A stretch of DNA of 64,000 nt from assembly GCA_963820065.1 (NCBI GenBank), contig CAWFYM010000001.1, positions 168,767 to 232,766 of the forward strand, written 5' to 3'. Shown piece by piece: positions 1 to 9,645 of the stretch. The notes under the pieces are model-generated. The model saw nothing but the letters and a program-made list of their open reading frames with translations. It searched no databases and was not told the origin of the DNA. A program made the position numbers and the translations under genes. Source of the DNA: an uncultured Actinomycetota bacterium (lineage in GTDB: Bacteria; Actinomycetota; Actinomycetes; DATJPE01). Every line of letters begins with the position of its first letter. Position 1 is the stretch's first letter.

Positions 1-1269
1 GCGGTCGGGTGGGGTGAGCGGAGTGAAGAAGGCCGAGGCCTGGCTCATGGCCTTCAGCGCCAGAGTGAGCTGCGGATCCAGCCGAAGGCCGTTGTCGCGC
101 AGCACGCCCATGGACGTCGAGAGCACCAACTTGATGTCCGGGGCTGTGCCGCGCCCGTAGCGCGACATCTTGCGCTCGAAGTCCTTGAGGAAGGCCTTCT
201 CGTCGACCGGACGGAAGGGGACGCTGAGGGAGAGGATCTGCTCGCTCATGGCCGGTATGTCTCCGCGGACGAAGGTCCACAGCAGCATGCCGAGGTGGGC
301 CCGCTGGCCCAAGGTCAGCTCGCCGACCATCCCGGAGTCGAGGAAGGTCACGACACCGGTGTCCAGGCTGACGAACAGGTTGCCCGGATGCGGGTCGGCA
401 TGGAAGAAGCCATCGATGATCAACATCTTCATGGCCGCCCGGAGCGCCGATTCGCCCACGGCCGCGAGGTCGAGACCGGCCGCACGCATCGCGTCGACAT
501 CGGAGATCTTGACGCCCGAAACGAACTCCTGGGTCAGGACGCGCTGTCCGGAGAGGCTGCGCTCGAGGGTCGGGATATGGACCCCCTGGATGGGCGCCAT
601 GTTGGCCGCCAGCTGCTCCATGTTGTAGGCCTCGGCGTAGTAGTCCAGCTCCTCGATCAAGGTGCTGCCGAACTCGTCGAGCATGGACGCCAACCCCATC
701 TCGCGCGCCGATCGGCTCCGACGCTCGGTGTACCGACCCATCAAGCGGGCCACCCCGAGATCGGCGCGGACCTGCTGGTCGAGGTTGGGGCGCTGCACCT
801 TGACCGCCACGGCTCGCCCGTCGTGCAAGGTCGCCGCATGAACCTGACCGAGGGAGGCGGCGGCCAACGGCTTGGGGTTGAAGGTCGCGTAGAGCTCTTC
901 GGGAGGTGCTCCCAGCTCGTCGATGATGACTTGGCGGGCCGCGGCGTACGGCACAGGAGGCACGTCGTTCTGCAGGCGGTCGAGTTCTACCCGCCAGTCG
1001 TCGGGGAGGTTGCTCGACTGGCTCGAGACGATCTGCCCCAGCTTGACGTACGTGGGGCCGAGCCCCTCGAGCATGATCCGGGTGCGCTCGGCGTCGTTCA
1101 GTCTCGGGATGGGCTCAGGGGTCTTGTACACCCACTGCTGCATCCGCCGGCTGAACCCGGCGAAGGGCGAGCGGTCCACGACCGCGCTAGCCCCGAAGTT
1201 GAGCATCGTCGTGTAGACCTGCTGCAGGCGGAGGTTCTCATTGACCGCGTCGAAACTGCCGCCGCTCAT
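1..1269 (-). CDS. ABC1/UbiB-family atypical kinase (N-terminal part; 3' end runs off the window start)
   Basis: Minus-strand translation from ATG at 1269 reads MSGGSFDAVNENLRLQQVYTTMLNFG...LGQVHAATLHDGRAVAVKVQRP and, at the window edge, ...DFERKMSRYGRGTAPDIKLV. These are ABC1/AarF kinase motifs. It is absent from the ORF track only because there is no in-window stop. Confidence 0.8.
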   Translation of the reverse strand, partial: MSGGSFDAVNENLRLQQVYTTMLNFGASAVVDRSPFAGFSRRMQQWVYKTPEPIPRLNDAERTRIMLEGLGPTYVKLGQIVSSQSSNLPDDWRVELDRLQNDVPPVPYAAARQVIIDELGAPPEELYATFNPKPLAAASLGQVHAATLHDGRAVAVKVQRPNLDQQVRADLGVARLMGRYTERRSRSAREMGLASMLDEFGSTLIEELDYYAEAYNMEQLAANMAPIQGVHIPTLERSLSGQRVLTQEFVSGVKISDVDAMRAAGLDLAAVGESALRAAMKMLIIDGFFHADPHPGNLFVSLDTGVVTFLDSGMVGELTLGQRAHLGMLLWTFVRGDIPAMSEQILSLSVPFRPVDEKAFLKDFERKMSRYGRGTAPDIKLVLSTSMGVLRDNGLRLDPQLTLALKAMSQASAFFTPLTPPDR

Positions 1270-1793
1270 GAGTCCCCCTCGTTTCCGTGATCGTGGTCGA
1301 AGATCGGCGGTGACGCCCCCGCAATCGTCTCGAACACGAGCCCGAGTGCGCCGACGAGAAGGCCTCCGAGGAGCAACGGGAGGATGCCGCGCCAGGCGAG
1401 CTCGTCACCGAGAATCCACGAGAGCATGGCCAGCATAAGGGCGTTGATCAGGACGACGACGAAGCCGTAGCTGACGACGAGATAGCGCAGAGCGAAGAAC
1501 TGGATGATCGGTTTCACGATCGCGTTCAGGAGCCCGAACACGAGCCCGGTCAGCACGAAGATCCCCAGGTACCAACGGTCGACGCGCAAGCCCGGCAACA
1601 CCAGGACGGTGACGACCACGGCCAGACCGTTGGTGATGATCCGGATCAGCCACAGCCGCCAGTTCGCCCAGTCGCGCAGGAGCCTGGTCCGTGCGACGTC
1701 GGCGACGAAGTAGTGATGCACCTTCGACTGCGGTTCGGCGATCCCGGTGGCGGCACCGCGGGGTGGCTCGCTAGGCGTTGTTTGTGCCGACAT
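1266..1793 (-). CDS. phage holin family / DUF360 membrane protein
   Basis: 175-aa ORF with four hydrophobic helices (VVVTVLVLPGL..., LGIFVLTGLVFGLL...). Its stop overlaps the ATG of the ABC1 kinase (ATGA), a typical pairing. Confidence 0.7.
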   Translation of the reverse strand: MSAQTTPSEPPRGAATGIAEPQSKVHHYFVADVARTRLLRDWANWRLWLIRIITNGLAVVVTVLVLPGLRVDRWYLGIFVLTGLVFGLLNAIVKPIIQFFALRYLVVSYGFVVVLINALMLAMLSWILGDELAWRGILPLLLGGLLVGALGLVFETIAGASPPIFDHDHGNEGDS

Positions 1794-1991
1794 GTGTGGC
1801 TGCTCCGGGGGGTGCCGTCTGGGGTGGGCGATCTGGGCGGTCTGCTGTGTGCACCGACTCTAGGTGTCGCCCGTCGGGCGCGGTGCCTGCCCTGGCAATT
1901 CGTCGTGTCTCAAGGAGCATGGGGCCGGGTCGACGGGGCTCCGCGCGTCAAAGCACTCGAGGGCCAGCGCCGACCGTGCGACGATCGGTGC

Positions 1992-2210
1992 ATGACTGAG
2001 ACCACCCCTCCGGCGTCCAGCGGCCCGTCGGCAGCTCAAACAGACGGCGGTGCGGCTGAGGACGAGGCGCACCGCAAGTTCCGCGAGGCCTTGGAGAAGA
2101 AGAAGCAGGCCCACCACGCCAGCGCAGAAGGCGCCCCTGACTCGTCGGGGGTCGGTCCGTCCAACAACACCAAGACGACGCGGCAGTTCAGACGCAAGTC
2201 TGGAGGCTGA
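1992..2210 (+). CDS. DUF5302 family small protein
   Basis: Internal ATG of ORF 1713..2210 gives MTETTPPASSGP...HRKFREALEKKKQ...RQFRRKSGG. The FRRKSGG C-terminus and KFREAL core match DUF5302; the ORF upstream of this ATG is Arg/Gly junk. Confidence 0.6.
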   Translation: MTETTPPASSGPSAAQTDGGAAEDEAHRKFREALEKKKQAHHASAEGAPDSSGVGPSNNTKTTRQFRRKSGG

Positions 2211-2278
2211 GGGCGCGTCCCAGGTCGCGCCCGAGGGGGGTGCTGGACGCAAGACGGTGGTGAGGCCGGCCCGGCAGG

Positions 2279-3550
2279 ATGGCGGCCATGGCTGCCACGT
2301 TCTCGCTGTCCGCTGCTGACCTCGAACGTCAGCGACTGCTACGCCGAGCCAAGGCCGTCGCCACCGGGCTGCTTCTGGTTGCGGCGGCCGTGTTTGTCGC
2401 GGTTCAACCAGCTGTCGAATCCGGAGCAGCCTGGGCCGGCTACGTCTCGGCCGCTGCGGAGGCGGGGATGGTAGGCGGCCTGGCCGACTGGTTCGCAGTG
2501 ACGGCACTGTTCCGCCACCCGCTCGGGATCCCGATTCCGCACACCGCGCTGATCCCGTCGCGCAAGGACGCCCTCGGCGCAGGCCTGGGGGCCTTCGTGG
2601 GTGACAATTTCCTGGCCCCGGAGGTGGTACGCCGTCGCCTTCAGCAGGTGGACGTGGCCGGGCGGGCCGGGGCCTGGTTGGCGCGCGAGGAGCATGCCAA
2701 GCGCGTGGCCGAGGAGATCGCGGTGGCGCTCAAGGGCGCGATCGACGTACTGCGTGACGACGACGTCCGTGCGGTCGCCGAGGAGGCGATCGGGCAGCGG
2801 GTTCGCTCCACGGCGGTCGCGCCGGTCCTCGGGAGGTTGCTCGGCGACGTCGTCGCGGACGGCTCGCACCACGCCCTGGTCGACGTCGCCTCCGAGCGCA
2901 CGGCCGCCTGGCTCGCGAGCAACCAAGCCACGGTCATCCGGATCGTGCAGAGCCAGGCCCCGACCTGGTCGCCGCGCTTCGTCGACCGTGCGCTCGCCAA
3001 GCGGGTCGCTGCCGAGCTGTCCCGCATTGCCAGCGAGGTCGCGGCCGACCCAGAGCACCCGATCCGCCGCGGGCTGGACGGATACCTCGAGGGGCTGGCC
3101 CGGGATCTGCGAGACGACGCTGCGACCGGTGAACGTCTCCAGGCCCTGGTCGGGCGCCTCCTCGAGCACGCCGCCACTCGTGAGGCGCTCGGCACGCTCG
3201 TGGGCGCCACGCGCCGCGCCGTCGTCGCGATCATCGAGCAGCCGGACGGTGAGCTTCGGGGGCGCACCATCCAAGCGCTCCAGGCCCTTGGCGAGCGGCT
3301 CTCGTCGGACGGTCAGCTCCGGGCCAAGGCCGACCAGTGGGTGGGGGACGCGGCCGAGCACGTCGTGACGACCTATCGCGACGAGCTGACGCGGGTCATC
3401 ACCGACACCGTCGATCGTTGGGACGGCGACGAGGCCGCACGTCGCATCGAACTCGCCGCCGGTCGAGACCTGCAGTTCATCCGGGTCAACGGGACGGTCG
3501 TGGGTGCCTTGGCTGGCATAGCCATCCACGCGGCGGCCACCGTCCTCTAG
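2279..3550 (+). CDS. DUF445 domain-containing protein
   Basis: 423-aa ORF with N-terminal membrane helices and the DWFAVTALFRHPLGIPIPHTALIP motif characteristic of DUF445. Confidence 0.75.
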   Translation: MAAMAATFSLSAADLERQRLLRRAKAVATGLLLVAAAVFVAVQPAVESGAAWAGYVSAAAEAGMVGGLADWFAVTALFRHPLGIPIPHTALIPSRKDALGAGLGAFVGDNFLAPEVVRRRLQQVDVAGRAGAWLAREEHAKRVAEEIAVALKGAIDVLRDDDVRAVAEEAIGQRVRSTAVAPVLGRLLGDVVADGSHHALVDVASERTAAWLASNQATVIRIVQSQAPTWSPRFVDRALAKRVAAELSRIASEVAADPEHPIRRGLDGYLEGLARDLRDDAATGERLQALVGRLLEHAATREALGTLVGATRRAVVAIIEQPDGELRGRTIQALQALGERLSSDGQLRAKADQWVGDAAEHVVTTYRDELTRVITDTVDRWDGDEAARRIELAAGRDLQFIRVNGTVVGALAGIAIHAAATVL

Positions 3551-3556
3551 GGCTGC

Positions 3557-4639
3557 CTACGGGTTCAGCGCTGAGTGCGGCACGACCTGGTGACTCTGCG
3601 CGGATCGGCGGGCCGCCTCGAGGATCTCCAGGCCTCGAACGGAATCGCGAGGGTCGACCGGCGGGCTCACGGATGAATCGGTCAGCGCTCGGGCGAGCTG
3701 AGCGTAGAACGCGGGGTAGTCCCCGCTCAGCGAGGCGACGGGGACCCGTTCATCGCCGGTGACCAGCTCACCCCAGGCCTCCCGCGCGACGGCGCCCCAG
3801 CCTTGCGACGGCCGGGCACCCGCGCGCAGCGCCTCCTCCTGCCCGTCCAGTCCGGCCACGACGTAGGCCGATTCAGAGCCGAGCACACGGAAGCGGGGAC
3901 CAGGACTGCCGGCCACGGCAGAGGCCCACAGGTGCGAACGGGCTCCGGACGCGTGCTCGAGCGCGATGAACACGTCGTCGTCTGCGGCCTGTGGCGAGCG
4001 ACGGCGATCGATCTCGGCGTAGACCGACACGACCGGTCCGAGCAGGAGCAGGGCCTGGTCGACCAGGTGACTGCCCAGGTCGAACAGGAGGCCGCCTGCT
4101 GCGTCGGGGTCGTCGCGCTCGCGCCAGCCGCCGCCAAGAGCCGGACGCCACCGCTCGAAGCGTGACTCGAAGCGGCGTACGTCGCCGAGCGTGCCGGCCC
4201 CGACCAGTGCCTGGATGGTCCGGAAGTCGCTGTCCCAGCGTCGGTTCTGAAACGTCGTGAGCAGCACGCCTGCTGATGAGGCCCCTTTGACGAGGTTGTC
4301 CGCCTCACCCGAGGTGGGGGCCATCGGTTTGTCGATCACGACCGATACTCCGGCCTCGATCGCCGCGCGCGCCAAGGTCACGTGCGTCGCGTTGGTCGTC
4401 GCGACCACCATCAGGTCGAGGTCGAGTCGCAGCAAGGCGTCGACGTCGTCGACGACGGTTGCGCCCGGATGATCCGCCTGTGCCTGGCTGATCCGAGCGG
4501 AGTCGCGCGTGACGATGCCCACGAGGGCGAGGTCGAGGTTTGCCGCGATGAGTGGCGCGTGGAACACCGCGCCGGCCAAGCCGTAGCCGGCGAGACCGAC
4601 ACGGAGGGGCTGATCGGCGCCTTCGGGTTGGGTTGTCAT
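3557..4639 (-). CDS. Gfo/Idh/MocA family oxidoreductase
   Basis: Start MTTQPEGADQPLRVGLAGYGLAGAVFHAPLI (Rossmann GxGxxG) followed by EAGVSVVIDKPMA, typical of this family. ATG at 4639 overlaps the TetR stop (ATGA). The longer track ORF to 5041 is a junk extension overlapping the TetR gene. Confidence 0.8.
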   Translation of the reverse strand: MTTQPEGADQPLRVGLAGYGLAGAVFHAPLIAANLDLALVGIVTRDSARISQAQADHPGATVVDDVDALLRLDLDLMVVATTNATHVTLARAAIEAGVSVVIDKPMAPTSGEADNLVKGASSAGVLLTTFQNRRWDSDFRTIQALVGAGTLGDVRRFESRFERWRPALGGGWRERDDPDAAGGLLFDLGSHLVDQALLLLGPVVSVYAEIDRRRSPQAADDDVFIALEHASGARSHLWASAVAGSPGPRFRVLGSESAYVVAGLDGQEEALRAGARPSQGWGAVAREAWGELVTGDERVPVASLSGDYPAFYAQLARALTDSSVSPPVDPRDSVRGLEILEAARRSAQSHQVVPHSALNP

Positions 4640-5385
4640 GCGTCGGTGGGGCGCCCGAGCAGGGAGAGGAAGGCCGTGAGCGCGCCTTCGAAGAAGGCCT
4701 CGGCATCGGCTACCACCTGCTGGTGCTGGCCGTTGAGCTCGAAACTGATGACGCCGTAGACCGCGTCGCGCACGGCAACGCCGGTCGCCATGAGGGCGGC
4801 CTCGTCGTCCGACAGGGCGCCGGAGCCGTGGTTCTCGAGCATCTCGGAGAGGACCGAGCGTCCAGGGACCCGAGGAGCTGGACCGGGGCTCAGCTCGCCC
4901 ACCGCCGCGGCTTCGGCCAGCAGCCGGACCAACAGGATCGAGACCCGGGAGGCGGGCCCGATCGTGTCCTGCGGGGCCGCGTAGCCGGGGACCGGGGACC
5001 CGTAGATGAGCGCCCACTCGTGGGGGTGAGACCGCGCCCACCGGCGGACGTTGCGGAAGACCTCGGCCGCCCGAGCGGCGAACGTGCTCTCGGAGTCGGC
5101 CGCGGCAGCGGCGTCGCCCCGTTCCACGACCTCACCGAGGGAGTCGTAGGCCTCGATGATGAGCGCGGTGAGCAGAGCATCGCGGCTGGGGAAGTAGCGG
5201 TAGACGGCTGAGGACGACATGCCGAGGTCGCGCGCCACCGCCCGCAGGGACAGCGCTGCGGCGCCGTCGCGAGCGAGATGGGTGCGCGCGACGTCGGTGA
5301 TCTCCTCGGTCAGTTCGGCGCGGACTCGCGCACGGGCCGAACTGGCCCGAGTCTCTGAGCGCGCCGTGTCGGTGGACGAGGTCAT
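4636..5385 (-). CDS. TetR/AcrR family transcriptional regulator
   Basis: N-terminal HTH LSLRAVARDLGMSSSAVYRYFPSRDALL; 249 aa. Confidence 0.85.
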   Translation of the reverse strand: MTSSTDTARSETRASSARARVRAELTEEITDVARTHLARDGAAALSLRAVARDLGMSSSAVYRYFPSRDALLTALIIEAYDSLGEVVERGDAAAAADSESTFAARAAEVFRNVRRWARSHPHEWALIYGSPVPGYAAPQDTIGPASRVSILLVRLLAEAAAVGELSPGPAPRVPGRSVLSEMLENHGSGALSDDEAALMATGVAVRDAVYGVISFELNGQHQQVVADAEAFFEGALTAFLSLLGRPTDA

Positions 5386-5427
5386 GAGGGAAGTCTGTCA
5401 GTGAAAGAGAGCGGTGACAAGAAGTGA

Positions 5428-5491
5428 GAGCAGTGCTCTTGACAGCCACTCAACAATAGTGCACACTGCTCGCATCAGAGAGCACCGCTCT
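5428..5491. promoter_or_regulatory. Two related palindromic operator-like sites (AGAGCA-G-TGCTCT at 5428-5440; GAGAGC-ACC-GCTCTC at 5477-5491) plus a TTGACA hexamer at 5439-5444, in the divergent TetR/epimerase intergenic region
   Basis: Read directly from the sequence. These are perfect inverted repeats sharing a GAGCA..GCTCT core, between tetR (start 5385, minus) and the epimerase gene (start 5522, plus). Confidence 0.5.
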
Positions 5492-5521
5492 CATCCAATT
5501 GCGACCGAAGGAGAACCACTC

Positions 5522-6469
5522 GTGAGCCGCTTCGTCATCGTCGGCGCCGGAATCCTGGGCAGCCGCACCGCACTGGCCTTGGCCGAGGCCGGGCACGACG
5601 TCCGCCTGGTCAGCCGTCGGGGTCGCGGTCCGGCCCATCCTCGAGTGGAGGCGGTGGCCGCCCCCGCCCAGGACCCCGCCCGGCTGGCCGAGCTGACCGC
5701 CGGGGCGCGCGCGCTCTACAACTGCGCCAACCCTGACTACTGGACTTGGGAGACCGAGTGGCCGCCGCTCGCGGCCAGCCTGCTCACTGCGGCTCGGCAG
5801 ACGGGAGCGACGCTGGTCGCGGCCGGGAACCTGTACGGCTACGGGCAGGGCTCGGGTCCGATGAGCGAGAGCACCCCGCTGGCGACGACCTCCCGCAAGG
5901 GCAGGGTGCGCGTCCAGATGTGGGAGGACATGCTCGCGGCTCAGACCGCCGGCGACGTCCGCGTGTGCGAGCTGCGGGCCTCGGACTACTTCGGCCCGGG
6001 GGCCCACGTCAACGCGCACCTGGGGGAGCGGGTCTTTCCTCGCGTGCTCGCAGGCAAGAAGGCGCAATTCGTCACCGGGAACGAGCGGGCCCCGCACAGC
6101 TGGACCTACGTCCCCGATTTCGTCTCGGCGCTGGCGCTGGCCGGAACCGACGAGCGGGCCTGGGGCCGTGCGTGGCATGTGCCCACCGAGGCGCCACGCA
6201 CGCCGGGCCAGGCCGTCAGCGACATCGCGTCGGTCGCTGGAGTGCGCGACCCCGGCTACCAGGCCTTCCCGAATCCGGTCCGAGCGGCCCTGGGCGTCTT
6301 CCAACCCTTCATGCGTGAGCTCGGCGAGGTCCGCTACCAGTTCAACGAGCCGTTCGTCCTCGACTCCTCGGCGTGGACGGCGACGTTCGACGTCGGTCCG
6401 ACGCCGTGGCGGGAGGCGCTCCTGGCCACCGTCGAGGACGTGCGCGACGGGGCTTCGGCCGCGGCTTAG
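5522..6469 (+). CDS. NAD-dependent epimerase/dehydratase family (atypical SDR) protein
   Basis: GTG at 5522 is preceded by GAAGGAG. Product VSRFVIVGAGILGSRTALALAEAGHDVRLVSR has a Rossmann N-terminus. The ORF upstream of the GTG has no RBS and runs through the operator region. Confidence 0.7.
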   Translation: MSRFVIVGAGILGSRTALALAEAGHDVRLVSRRGRGPAHPRVEAVAAPAQDPARLAELTAGARALYNCANPDYWTWETEWPPLAASLLTAARQTGATLVAAGNLYGYGQGSGPMSESTPLATTSRKGRVRVQMWEDMLAAQTAGDVRVCELRASDYFGPGAHVNAHLGERVFPRVLAGKKAQFVTGNERAPHSWTYVPDFVSALALAGTDERAWGRAWHVPTEAPRTPGQAVSDIASVAGVRDPGYQAFPNPVRAALGVFQPFMRELGEVRYQFNEPFVLDSSAWTATFDVGPTPWREALLATVEDVRDGASAAA

Positions 6470-6493
6470 CGCTCGGCGCCGTACGCTCGGCTG

Positions 6494-7411
6494 GTGCCCG
6501 GCAGCATCGGTTCGTTCATCGACCTCCTCGGAGAGCAGTCCTGGCACGGCGCGCTCGCCTGGACGATCCTGCTGGCGAGTGTGGCCGTCGTGCTGGCCCA
6601 GGCGCCGGCAGGGCGTTGGCGCACCGTCGGGATCGCGGCTCGCGAGGCGGCGATCGTGTTCGCCCTGCTCGGGCTTTGGCGCTACGTCGGCCATTACGTG
6701 CGACTGCGTGTCACTGGTGGCATGGAGAACGGCCAAGGGATCTGGGACTTCGAGCGCGCGGTCCATCTACCGAGTGAGGTGTGGGTGCAGTCGTGGGTGC
6801 TGCCTCACCCCGACGTCGTGCGGTTCCTGAACCTCTACTACATGAGCCTGCATCTCACCTCGATGGCGATCTTCCTGGGCTGGATGTTCTGGCGGCACCG
6901 GCAGCACTACGCCCGCGCTCGCACGCTCGTGGCTGTCACGACCTTGCTCTGCATGCTGATCCAGTTCATCCCCGTCGCACCTCCGAGGATGTTCCCCGAG
7001 CTCGGATTCGTGGACACCGCGATCGAGTACGGCCAGTCGGTGTATGGCTTTGGCGGCAGCTCGGTGGGCAGCCAGCTCGCGGCGATGCCGTCGGTGCACG
7101 TCGCGTGGGCGCTGATCCTGGCGTGGTTCGCCTGGCGCGTGATGTCCGGCCCGATCCGCTACCTGATCTGGTTCCACGCCGCGATGACCGTTTTCGTGGT
7201 GACGGCCACGGCCAACCACTGGTGGATGGATGGGATCGTCGCGGCCGGGCTGATGGCCCTGGTCATCCTCGGGCAGGGGCTGTGGTCCACGTGGCGCGGG
7301 CGTTCGGTCGGTGACTCAGTCGACGAGTCCGACGATCGTCGGATCAGCGCTTCGCCCGCGGCGTCGTCGGGGCCTTCGGCCGGGGCCGCGGGAGACCTGC
7401 TCGTCGGCTGA
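6494..7411 (+). CDS. PAP2 superfamily phosphatase / inositol-phosphotransferase-like membrane protein
   Basis: Multi-TM protein carrying the PAP2 motifs ...AMPSVHVAWA... (PSxH) and ...TATANHWWMDG (HxxxD). Confidence 0.65.
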   Translation: MPGSIGSFIDLLGEQSWHGALAWTILLASVAVVLAQAPAGRWRTVGIAAREAAIVFALLGLWRYVGHYVRLRVTGGMENGQGIWDFERAVHLPSEVWVQSWVLPHPDVVRFLNLYYMSLHLTSMAIFLGWMFWRHRQHYARARTLVAVTTLLCMLIQFIPVAPPRMFPELGFVDTAIEYGQSVYGFGGSSVGSQLAAMPSVHVAWALILAWFAWRVMSGPIRYLIWFHAAMTVFVVTATANHWWMDGIVAAGLMALVILGQGLWSTWRGRSVGDSVDESDDRRISASPAASSGPSAGAAGDLLVG

Positions 7412-7448
7412 GAGGCGCGGACGAACGCCATCCGTGCGGATGGTGCCC

Positions 7449-7673
7449 TCAGCCGGCGGACGCGCTGGAGCCACGGACCTCGAGCGTGGCCAGCAAGGCC
7501 GCCGTGGCGTTGGCGACCTCCTCGACCGCGCTGTCGAACGCAGCCCGGTTGTGGGCGGCCGGCGCGCGGAACCCCGACACCTTGCGGACGTATTGGAGGG
7601 CGGCCGCGTGTACATCGGTGTCGGTGACTGACTCGGTGAACGGCGGACGCAGCGTCTTGATGCTTCGGCACAT
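7449..7673 (-). CDS. DUF2277 family small protein
   Basis: 74-aa ORF MCRSIKTLRPPFTESVTDTDVHAAALQYVRKVSGFRAPAAHNRAAFDSAV... with high GC3. The MCRxIKTL start and AALQYVRKVSGF block resemble DUF2277. Confidence 0.5.
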   Translation of the reverse strand: MCRSIKTLRPPFTESVTDTDVHAAALQYVRKVSGFRAPAAHNRAAFDSAVEEVANATAALLATLEVRGSSASAG

Positions 7674-7739
7674 GGCTGAAGGCTAGCGGCGTCCGAAATC
7701 CGCGATCCCGCGTCGGAGCCGCCCGATAGCGTCGCCCGC

Positions 7740-8744
7740 ATGGCGACACCGAACGCGGCGGCGCGAGGTCTGTCGGGGGAGGGAACGAACTCGGGCGCCT
7801 TCACCGGGATGGACTGGCTCTTCCTCATTGGCCCGGCCGCGATCTGGGGGTCGTCTTTCGCGCTGATCGCCGTTGGCCTCGACTCCTTCCCCCCGACCGT
7901 TCTGACGTTCCTGCGCCTGTTGTTCGGGTTCGTGGCGATCTCGCTGGTGCCGAAAGCGCGCAAACGCATCGCGCGCTCCGACTGGCCCCGCGTAGCCCTC
8001 GTGGGCGTGTTCTGGATGGCCGTACCGCTGTCGATGTTCTCCCTTGCTGAGCAGTGGGTCTCCTCCTCGACAGCGGGGATGATCAACGGGGCCACGCCGA
8101 TCACGGCGCTGTTGGTGGCGACGCTGGCCCTGCACCGCCGCCCGGGACGGCTCCAGCTGCTCGGCATCCTCGTCGGCTTCGTCGGCATCGTGTTCGTGGC
8201 CCTTCCCGACCTCGGCAAGGGCTCCGACGAGGCCCTCGGAGTGCTCCTCCTCGTGATCGCGGTGTCGTGCTACGGGATCGCGCTCAACCTCACGGTGCCG
8301 CTCCAGCAGCGCTACGGGTCGCTTCCGGTTTTCTGGCGAGCTCAGATCGTGGCCCTGGCGCTCACCGCCGTTCCAGCGGCTCTGCACGTCGACGAGTCCA
8401 CGCCTCAGGTCGGGGCCTGGTTGGCGCTCGTGGTGCTCGGCGTCCTGGGCACGGGTCTGGCGTTCGTCCTCGCCGGCAACCTCGCGGGACGGGTAGGTGG
8501 GGCTCGCGCGTCGATCATCACGTATTTGATCCCGCCGTGGTCGATCATGATCGGCGTGCTGTTCCTCGACGAGACGGTCGCCGTCGTGGCGCTGGTGGGC
8601 ACCGCCGTCGTCTTGTGCGGGGCCTTCTTGGCCACCCGTCGTGACGATGCTGCTCGGCCGAGCTCGGCGGCGAGCCCTGGCCCCGAAGGGATGGATGTGG
8701 CGGCCATTCCTACCGAACGGGAAGGTCCGGCCGGGCCTTCCTGA
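7740..8744 (+). CDS. EamA/DMT family transporter
   Basis: 10-TM protein with duplicated EamA-like halves. The true start may be the internal ATG at 7809 (MDWLFLIGPAAIWGSSF). Confidence 0.75.
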   Translation: MATPNAAARGLSGEGTNSGAFTGMDWLFLIGPAAIWGSSFALIAVGLDSFPPTVLTFLRLLFGFVAISLVPKARKRIARSDWPRVALVGVFWMAVPLSMFSLAEQWVSSSTAGMINGATPITALLVATLALHRRPGRLQLLGILVGFVGIVFVALPDLGKGSDEALGVLLLVIAVSCYGIALNLTVPLQQRYGSLPVFWRAQIVALALTAVPAALHVDESTPQVGAWLALVVLGVLGTGLAFVLAGNLAGRVGGARASIITYLIPPWSIMIGVLFLDETVAVVALVGTAVVLCGAFLATRRDDAARPSSAASPGPEGMDVAAIPTEREGPAGPS

Positions 8745-9645
8745 TGGCCGCAAGCGCGCGGATCTGATCCGGCCCGACCCGGCAACAGCCGCCGATCATC
8801 CGCGCACCTGCATCCAGCCAGCTCGTGACCTGGGAGATCGTGAAGCCCGGGTCGCCGTGCCACTGGCGCTCGTCGGCGTCCCATGCTTCGCCGCTGTTGG
8901 GGTAGGCGACGATCGCCTTGCTCGTGATGCCGGCGGCTGCAGCGACCAGGGCCTCCACGTCATGGGGCGCCGAACAATTGACGCCGACGGCGACAACGTT
9001 GGAGACCTCCTCGGCCATGTCGAACGCCTCCAGCACGTCCTCGCCCCGGCGAGTCCGTAGTCCCTCACAGGTCAGGGACAGCCAGGCCGGGACACCGAGA
9101 TCGGCCACCTCGGCCAGCAGTGCCTCAGCTTCGGCCAGCGACGGGATGGTCTCAAGGGCGAGGAGGTCTGGCTCTGCGCTGGCCAGCACCTCGAGCCGCC
9201 GCCGATGCCACTGGCGTAGTTCGGGGACTCCGACGTCGGGGCCGTAGTCACCCGTGTATTCCTCGCCGTGGGCGAGCATGGCGCCGTACGGCCCGACGGA
9301 CGCAGCGACCCAGCGGGGCGTGCCGTGGTCTGGCTCGTCGCCCGCGGCTTGCCGCGCCAACTCGACGCTGCGCTGCAAGAGGCGGTCCGTGGCGGTGGCG
9401 TCGTACCCGGCGGCGGCCAGCCCCTCGTAGGACGCCTGATAGCTCGCGGTGGTGGCCACCTGCGCTCCGGCGGAGAAGTACGACCTGTGCACCGCGCGGA
9501 TCTCGTCGGGTGTCTGCGCGAGCAGTCTCGCTGACCACAGGTCACTGCTCAGATCGTGTCCGCGGGACTCCAACTCGGTCGCCAGGCCCCCGTCGAGCAC
9601 CACCAGCTGATCGCCAGCGCCGAAGCTTTGAGGGGACGTCGTCAC
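8710..9645 (-). CDS. mmuM: homocysteine S-methyltransferase
   Basis: LVVLDGGLATELESRGHDL..., ...AVGVNCSAPHDV..., ...MIGGCCRVGPDQIRAL match the MmuM/Pfam02574 motifs. GTG at 9645 gives about 311 aa, similar to E. coli MmuM. The track ORF extends to 9732. Confidence 0.8.
   Translation of the reverse strand: MTTSPQSFGAGDQLVVLDGGLATELESRGHDLSSDLWSARLLAQTPDEIRAVHRSYFSAGAQVATTASYQASYEGLAAAGYDATATDRLLQRSVELARQAAGDEPDHGTPRWVAASVGPYGAMLAHGEEYTGDYGPDVGVPELRQWHRRRLEVLASAEPDLLALETIPSLAEAEALLAEVADLGVPAWLSLTCEGLRTRRGEDVLEAFDMAEEVSNVVAVGVNCSAPHDVEALVAAAAGITSKAIVAYPNSGEAWDADERQWHGDPGFTISQVTSWLDAGARMIGGCCRVGPDQIRALAAIRKARPDLPVR

Noticed and set aside
295-1290. 331-aa plus-strand ORF over the start of the window
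   Set aside because: It is antisense to a clear ABC1 kinase gene on the minus strand and has Arg/Gly/His-rich composition typical of spurious high-GC ORFs.
3557-5041. Long 494-aa version of the oxidoreductase ORF
   Set aside because: Its first 134 codons overlap the TetR gene in another frame and are Arg/Pro-rich junk. Homology begins at MTTQPEG (ATG 4639), which also forms an ATGA overlap with the tetR stop.
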